A stretch of DNA of 64,000 nt from Lytechinus pictus. Its lineage: Eukaryota. Positions 62,301-64,000 of the stretch are shown here, piece by piece. Positions within the stretch are counted from its first letter, which is position 1; the number at the start of each line of letters is the position of its first letter. The translations under genes and the position numbers were made by a program. The DNA is taken from assembly GCF_037042905.1 (NCBI RefSeq), contig NW_026974141.1, positions 8,804,001-8,868,000 of the forward strand. The letters are read 5' to 3'. The notes beneath the pieces were generated by a model. That model was not told where the DNA came from and searched no databases. It saw only the letters and a program-made list of their open reading frames with translations.

Positions 62301-63774
62301 ATTCTTTCATGAAATCTTTTTATCTATTGCCAATTTGAAGAATGCAGTGATCTCGCACTCTAAATTAATGTTAGTAGCATATTGTCAATTTTGAACCTGC
62401 CTTTGCTGTAATACATACAAACTTGGCTGAAGAATAATATCGTGGCACAAATCGTTGCATTTTAAGTTTTAAAAAGAAGTAAAATATATATGCCGAGGAT
62501 TGTGAATATTCATCATTTTTTACAATGTCCATATTTAAATAATTTATTATGTTCAGAACTATGCAACAAACTGCCATCATGGTTATACCAGTCCGTGTCA
62601 TTGGGTTCATAAAAAAAAGCAATTGCACGAATACAATGTGATCCATCGCATACCCTAAAATGAAGAATGAAAATCATCCTTAATTCTCAAATTTGTTTAT
62701 TGGGTTTAAGTGTTACTTTCTTGGACTGTGGACGAAATGAACCGTCGTAAACTGGCTCTTTTTTTACATACATGTATACCTCCAAGCTACATTATGACAA
62801 GAAATGTCTAGTTGTGTGTAGCTTTGTACATTACCCTGTTATGAAATATCAGATATTGGTGATGTTGATCTTGTCCCCAGTTGTCTTGAATGAATGATCC
62901 TGTGTTTACATGAATTTCATTCAAGTTCTCTGTGAATAAGTTGTCTACATATCATTCGCTCTGTCTATATAAAATCATCACTCAGTCTTGTTGTTAGCTC
63001 ATTCGTCATACATGTTGCTTTCAAAATTTTCTTTGAAAAATAGCATTGCCTGTACGTAAAACAACCCCACAATTGACCTACCGTATGCATGGAATTATCT
63101 GAAATATGTATGGTTGTGTATATTGTAATCAGTGTCACCTGTTTATATTATAACAAAAAAAATAAGTCTATACCTTTCTCTCTTTTTTTGCATCCTCAAT
63201 ATTTCAAGTATGAGTGTGCTAGCTTAGAGGCATGCAGGGTTGAATGTATGTGGTTTTGTTGTATTGAGTATCAGCAGTCTGAGTTTGATTTGGTTGTCAG
63301 TTTTCAGGAATTTAACTTACCGGTATTTGATCCTCACTCCACTCATGCCTGGCTTATGTATATGATTTGAATATTTGCATCATTAGGATTTGAGATTATT
63401 TTCATTTCCAATTTGATTTGAAGTTTGTTTTCCAAGTCATCTCATTACTTTATGATTTATTTCTTTTCCTTTCCCATCCCTCGCGCATGAACCCGCTTCC
63501 TCATTACCTGACATTGCATTACCCCCGAAACCCATTTCTGCATCCCGACCAATTGCTTCTGATTGCCGTGGCAACCGCATCCCAGCATGTCATCATCATC
63601 GTGAAGATGTTCACTGCTTACGTCATCCCGGATATGCCCGATAACGTCAAGAACCAGATAAAGAGGGAGAACTTCCTCGCCCAGCAGGCGCTACATGAGC
63701 TTACCTTGAGCAAGGGTAAGGCGAAGTCGGCAGAGGCCGCCATACCCCCTCACGAGGCAGACGCAATGGTATAA
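14575..63774 (+). CDS. ANO: Anoctamin/TMEM16 family gene (ANO1-7-like), multi-exon, 5'-partial; about 850 aa from the exons below
   Basis: Phase-compatible GT-AG exons give one frame with family motifs [117 protein letters not shown]. Paralogue identity not resolved. Confidence 0.96.
17220..17246 (+). CDS. Candidate 27-nt cassette microexon GPEPNPEDP
   Basis: atgcag acceptor, gtgagt donor, phase 0/0 matching flanking exons, 436-nt AG-free zone upstream. Confidence 0.7.
19572..19670 (+). CDS. Anoctamin exon [16 protein letters not shown]...KMPIE
   Basis: cgcag/gtattt, 99 nt. Confidence 0.93.
20051..20654. mobile_element. TTAA-TSD MITE (Kolobok-like)
   Basis: ttaa|aggtcaagtccac...gtggacttgtcct|ttaa with long imperfect TIRs. 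Confidence 0.85.
21300..22130. repeat. (GAT/GGT)n low-complexity microsatellite with N blocks
   Basis: Direct reading; source of the spurious M/V/I/T-rich ORFs. Confidence 0.95.
22133..22507 (+). mobile_element. TTAA-type element, near-identical to 45026-45404
   Basis: gattggttaacattggtttgac...aaacaatacct|ttaa in both copies. Confidence 0.85.
22628..22764 (+). CDS. Anoctamin exon ENNMEEP...[11 protein letters not shown]
   Basis: catag/gtgagt, 137 nt. Confidence 0.9.
24769..24823 (+). CDS. Anoctamin exon [18 protein letters not shown]
   Basis: cacag/gtaaga, 55 nt, phase 2/0. Confidence 0.9.
25605..25659 (+). CDS. Anoctamin exon [18 protein letters not shown](G)
   Basis: atcag/gtgagt, 55 nt. 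Confidence 0.9.
25737..26014 (+). mobile_element. tRNA-derived SINE
   Basis: A-box tggcacagtgg, B-box gagttcaaatccc, (ATT)n tail; copies at 49216 and 59111. Confidence 0.88.
26213..26325 (+). CDS. Anoctamin exon [20 protein letters not shown]...NDRH
   Basis: tgtag/gtgagt, 113 nt; partial duplicate acceptor at 26135. Confidence 0.92.
27541..27579 (-). ncRNA. Minimal hammerhead ribozyme remnant (Penelope-like element type), core mutated
   Basis: Minus strand gcct-CCGACGA-agattctgctaggatc-GAAA-gctt-aggc: stem I, stem II, palindromic AAGCTT; CUGANGA reads CCGACGA. Confidence 0.7.
30564..30730. mobile_element. Palindromic MITE (tttcatgaaa..gattggctgag family; relatives near 23185-23310, 37207-37354, 37739-37864, 63848-63998)
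   Basis: ggggtgtttcatgaaagttgtcagcgctgac / gtcagtgctgacaacttcatgaaacggtcccc. Confidence 0.8.
30759..30985. mobile_element. Tc1/mariner-like MITE
   Basis: TA-flanked TIRs ...aaagttagtgaacccc / gggttcactaactttt...ctg|ta. Confidence 0.6.
31088..31152 (+). CDS. Anoctamin exon [22 protein letters not shown]
   Basis: cctag/gtttgt, 65 nt. Confidence 0.93.
31757..31880 (+). mobile_element. RTE-clade LINE reverse transcriptase fragment
   Basis: Translates [23 protein letters not shown]. Confidence 0.8.
31990..32124 (+). CDS. Anoctamin exon [18 protein letters not shown]... (TM1)
   Basis: tacag/gtaagt, 135 nt. Confidence 0.95.
32835..32931 (+). CDS. Anoctamin exon NEICEG...[22 protein letters not shown]
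   Basis: actag/gtgagt, 97 nt. Confidence 0.95.
33657..33717 (+). CDS. Anoctamin exon [20 protein letters not shown] (TM2)
   Basis: cacag/gtgagt, 61 nt. Confidence 0.95.
34355..34437 (+). CDS. Anoctamin exon [28 protein letters not shown]
   Basis: tgcag/gtatgc, 83 nt. Confidence 0.95.
34627..34739. mobile_element. 113-bp hAT-type MITE, near-perfect hairpin
   Basis: cagtggcggaccgtgacccgg TIR; 8-bp TSD atattaat on both sides. Confidence 0.9.
34743..35039 (-). mobile_element. tRNA-derived SINE, related family; partial copies near 22786-22945 and 32620-32805
   Basis: Reverse-strand A/B boxes (tggcccagtgg, ggttcaaatccc), (ATT)n tail. Confidence 0.85.
35413..35475 (+). CDS. Anoctamin exon [21 protein letters not shown]
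   Basis: tttag/gtaagt, 63 nt, phase 0/0. Confidence 0.93.
37508..37582 (+). CDS. Alternative exon A of the pre-TM3/TM3 cluster: [25 protein letters not shown]
   Basis: tgtag/gtgagg, 75 nt, phase 0/0, FPR motif shared with B-D. Confidence 0.85.
38961..39035 (+). CDS. Alternative exon B: [25 protein letters not shown]
   Basis: ctcag/gtgaga, 75 nt, phase 0/0. Confidence 0.9.
39230..39304 (+). CDS. Alternative exon C: [25 protein letters not shown]
   Basis: tgtag/gtgaga, 75 nt, phase 0/0. Confidence 0.9.
40949..41023 (+). CDS. Alternative exon D: [25 protein letters not shown]
   Basis: tgtag/gtaggg, 75 nt, phase 0/0. Confidence 0.88.
44235..44532. mobile_element. Harbinger/Tourist-like MITE (relatives near 32956-33242, 49793-50108, 50655-50942)
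   Basis: tat|ggcccgtattctgaagtc...gactttagaatacgggcc|tat. Confidence 0.8.
45026..45404 (+). mobile_element. TTAA-TSD element nested in an older repeat (related to 27400-28090)
   Basis: ttaa on both sides; highly similar to 22133-22507. Confidence 0.85.
46671..46835 (+). CDS. Anoctamin exon [15 protein letters not shown]...[10 protein letters not shown] (TM3-TM4)
   Basis: tctag/gtgagt, 165 nt. Confidence 0.95.
46860..47132 (-). mobile_element. Two tandem copies of a short LINE RT fragment
   Basis: Minus strand [13 protein letters not shown] and [13 protein letters not shown]. Confidence 0.7.
47478..47514 (+). CDS. Anoctamin exon [12 protein letters not shown]
   Basis: tacag/gtaagt, 37 nt. 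Confidence 0.93.
47891..48002 (+). CDS. Anoctamin exon [38 protein letters not shown] (TM5)
   Basis: cacag/gtaggt, 112 nt. Confidence 0.95.
48189..48246 (+). CDS. Anoctamin exon [19 protein letters not shown]
   Basis: aacag/gtgagg, 58 nt. Confidence 0.93.
48710..49056. mobile_element. MITE with internal ttcgtc/ttggtc repeats; intact reference for the split copy at 1768-13655
   Basis: Inverted arms aattgccaactcgtctact / gtagacgaattggcaatt. Confidence 0.75.
49216..49491 (+). mobile_element. tRNA-derived SINE (same family)
   Basis: tggctcagtgg, ggttcaaatc, (ATT)n tail. Confidence 0.88.
49559..49656 (+). CDS. Anoctamin exon [33 protein letters not shown] (TM6)
   Basis: cgtag/gtaagt, 98 nt. 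Confidence 0.95.
50296..50435 (+). CDS. Anoctamin exon VVLNFWRSR...GLFKEYLEM
   Basis: caaag (AAG) acceptor/gtacgt, 140 nt; Ca-binding EYLE motif. Confidence 0.92.
51234..51386 (+). CDS. Anoctamin exon [35 protein letters not shown]...AQDI (TM7-TM8)
   Basis: ttcag/gtaaga, 153 nt. Confidence 0.96.
52390..52442 (+). CDS. Anoctamin exon [18 protein letters not shown] (TM9)
   Basis: ttcag/gtaagt, 53 nt. Confidence 0.94.
53888..54102 (+). CDS. Anoctamin exon [16 protein letters not shown]...NVSMCR
   Basis: tacag/gtaaaa, 215 nt; partial duplicate starts at 53716. Confidence 0.93.
54330..55461. mobile_element. Head-to-head pair of Kolobok-like MITEs (54330-54837 inverted; 54852-55461 complete with TTAA TSD)
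   Basis: Reverse complement of 54330-54837 aligns along 54852-55400. Confidence 0.85.
55506..55596 (+). CDS. Anoctamin exon [30 protein letters not shown] (TM10 start)
   Basis: ttcag/gtaagt, 91 nt, ends phase 0. Confidence 0.95.
55870..56462. mobile_element. Degenerate Kolobok-like MITE related to 20051-20654
   Basis: Shared ctgaaaatttgatcaaaatcg / gattttgatggaatttt arms. Confidence 0.65.
59111..59385 (+). mobile_element. tRNA-derived SINE (same family)
   Basis: Collinear with the 25737 and 49216 copies. Confidence 0.88.
60330..61270. repeat. Pyrimidine-rich tandem repeat, about 205-bp unit, about 4.5 copies
   Basis: Units starting near 60460, 60667, 60870 and 61079. Confidence 0.9.
61319..61525 (+). 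CDS. Alternative C-terminal exon 1: [38 protein letters not shown]...GPVEP*
   Basis: tgtag acceptor, phase 0, TAA at 61523-61525. Confidence 0.9.
   Translation, partial: HLVLFIKFFVAYIIPDMPDFVKNQIKRENYLAQQALRTALVENRGKSKKMVPPGGPEDSSGASGPVEP
63586..63774 (+). CDS. Alternative C-terminal exon 2: [38 protein letters not shown]...EADAMV*
   Basis: cccag acceptor, phase 0, TAA at 63772-63774; ORF 63418..63774. Confidence 0.88.
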   Translation, partial: HVIIIVKMFTAYVIPDMPDNVKNQIKRENFLAQQALHELTLSKGKAKSAEAAIPPHEADAMV

Positions 63775-64000
63775 TGAGAGGTTTGGAGGATTTGGGAGGG
63801 ACAGTGACAGCTCACAGTGGGACCACACCCATTCTCTCATCAACTCTTGGTTCCTGTTTCTTGAAGACTTGTTACAATGACAAATGACCAATTTCTGTTA
63901 CAAGTTTTCTCTAAGCCAATCAAATTGAATGATTTCAGTAGCTTGAAACTGTTATTGCAAGTTTGTTTTTATAACATGTTTTATTAAACAGGCACCCAAA

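Overview
Eukaryotic, AT-rich, repeat-dense genomic DNA; the repeat families suggest an echinoderm such as a sea urchin (inference). From 14575 to 63774 the + strand carries a multi-exon anoctamin/TMEM16 gene (Ca2+-activated chloride channel/scramblase family). I assembled its GT-AG exons by hand into one open frame of about 850 aa; the N-terminal exon(s) were not found and probably lie upstream of the window. The most notable feature is the splicing architecture: four (perhaps five) tandem paralogous 75-nt phase-0 exons encoding the same pre-TM3/TM3 segment (predicted mutually exclusive), a 27-nt microexon, and two duplicated alternative C-terminal exons. Very long AG-free zones precede the alternative acceptors (1.1 kb with one AG), and three recent tandem duplications copy splice sites. 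Positions 1-14.5 kb hold a nested transposon stack: an ~11-kb CACTG..CAGTG/TA-TSD element inserted in a MITE, carrying an intron-containing, truncated PIF/Harbinger transposase gene. Introns contain many MITEs, tRNA-SINEs, LINE fragments, a Penelope-type hammerhead remnant and an intron-filling inverted repeat. All calls come from manual reading; none were run against databases or RNA data.
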